Shown here one piece after another: positions 63,174 through 64,000 of a DNA stretch of 64,000 nt. A model generated the notes under the pieces. That model was not told the DNA's origin and did not search any database. It saw only the letters and a list, made by a program, of their open reading frames with translations. The translations under genes and the position numbers were made by a program. The stretch's first letter is position 1. Each line of letters begins with the position of its first letter. This DNA comes from Acanthaster planci (Eukaryota): positions 3,206,646 through 3,270,645 of the forward strand of contig NW_019091355.1 of assembly GCF_001949145.1 (NCBI RefSeq), written 5' to 3'.

Positions 63174-64000
63174 AACGTGGTAGGAATTCTCTGCCAAAGA
63201 GAGTTTTGTATATATCTAAGAAGCAAATTTGACCCATAGAGTCATGTTTGTTATAAATGCACCTTGAGTTTCCCGGTTACAAACAAATCTGGCTTGCCAT
63301 CATGAATGGAACTCATTGATACCTCGGTGAGAAACCAGAGACCACATTTTGGTGTGGCTTCAAGGGCTCTTCATTGTTACACTTGGAGGTTACACCTAGT
63401 CATACTCCAGCAGGAGTAAAGGCGGTTACCATGGTCACCACTTATCACCCTGGCAGGGATCTTCCCTGTGATCCATGGGAGAATGAGGGGCCAAAGGCTC
63501 GAGGGGGATGGTCTGGCTTCTCTCCGACAACACCACCGTTGCTCTGTGGGAGGAGATTAGCAACACAAGGACGCTTCATTATGCCCATGATTCATATGAC
63601 CTGCACATGGAGGAAGGCTGTTGCACTAATTGTTTGGTTTGGGGAGTTGATGACCAGTTTCTATTCAAATGATTGAAAAAAATGAGGAAAACTTTTTCAG
63701 AAATTGCTGTTGCAGCCAGCTCGTAAAAAATCCACAAAACCTGTTGATAAGTGTCAATTTCAGTTACTGTGTATATGTTATATTTACTCTTGCTTCTTTA
63801 TGTCATTTTATCCAAATTTGTTGCTATTTTTGGGGGTTGCACTGGATATATAAGCATTACATTTTGTGGAGGAAAGTCTGGTGTCTTCTGAGACAATGTG
63901 TTAAATTTGTGTGGGGTTTTCCAAAAGGCTTGCCTCGTATCCTGGTCATATGTAAAGTCAACAAGATCACCATTCTCTCACAGCGAGGAGAATGCTCTTT

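Noticed and set aside
1..64000. tRNA, rRNA, snRNA genes and autonomous transposase or RT ORFs
   Set aside because: None recognisable by eye. tRNAscan-SE, Infernal and RepeatMasker were not run, so small RNAs cannot be excluded.

Overview
This is eukaryotic (animal) genomic DNA with GT-AG introns and two N gaps (25345-25913, 61847-61949). The abundant TACATGTA motif and the MITE repertoire suggest a marine invertebrate such as an echinoderm, but that is inference only. It contains: (1) the 3' part of a + strand long coiled-coil protein gene, 10 exons over 26-5400, reconstructed in frame to the stop codon; (2) a complete 5-exon + strand short-chain dehydrogenase/reductase of the RDH8/HSD17B1 type (9055-13209, 285 aa); (3) a CpG-rich region at about 14.0-15.4 kb followed by a probable signal-peptide first exon (15784-15871), after which no second exon is recognisable, so the remaining ~48 kb looks like one very large CpG-poor intron; (4) many non-autonomous DNA-transposon derivatives (MITEs and palindromes), tandem repeats and microsatellites. 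Apart from fragments of these genes, the ORF track appears to be noise. I found no convincing novel biological system. The best leads are modest: a near-perfect 185-bp palindrome downstream of the SDR stop, a 79-nt hairpin, a hairpin-bearing 69-bp tandem array, the orphan signal-peptide exon, and the CpG/TACATGTA compositional boundary.
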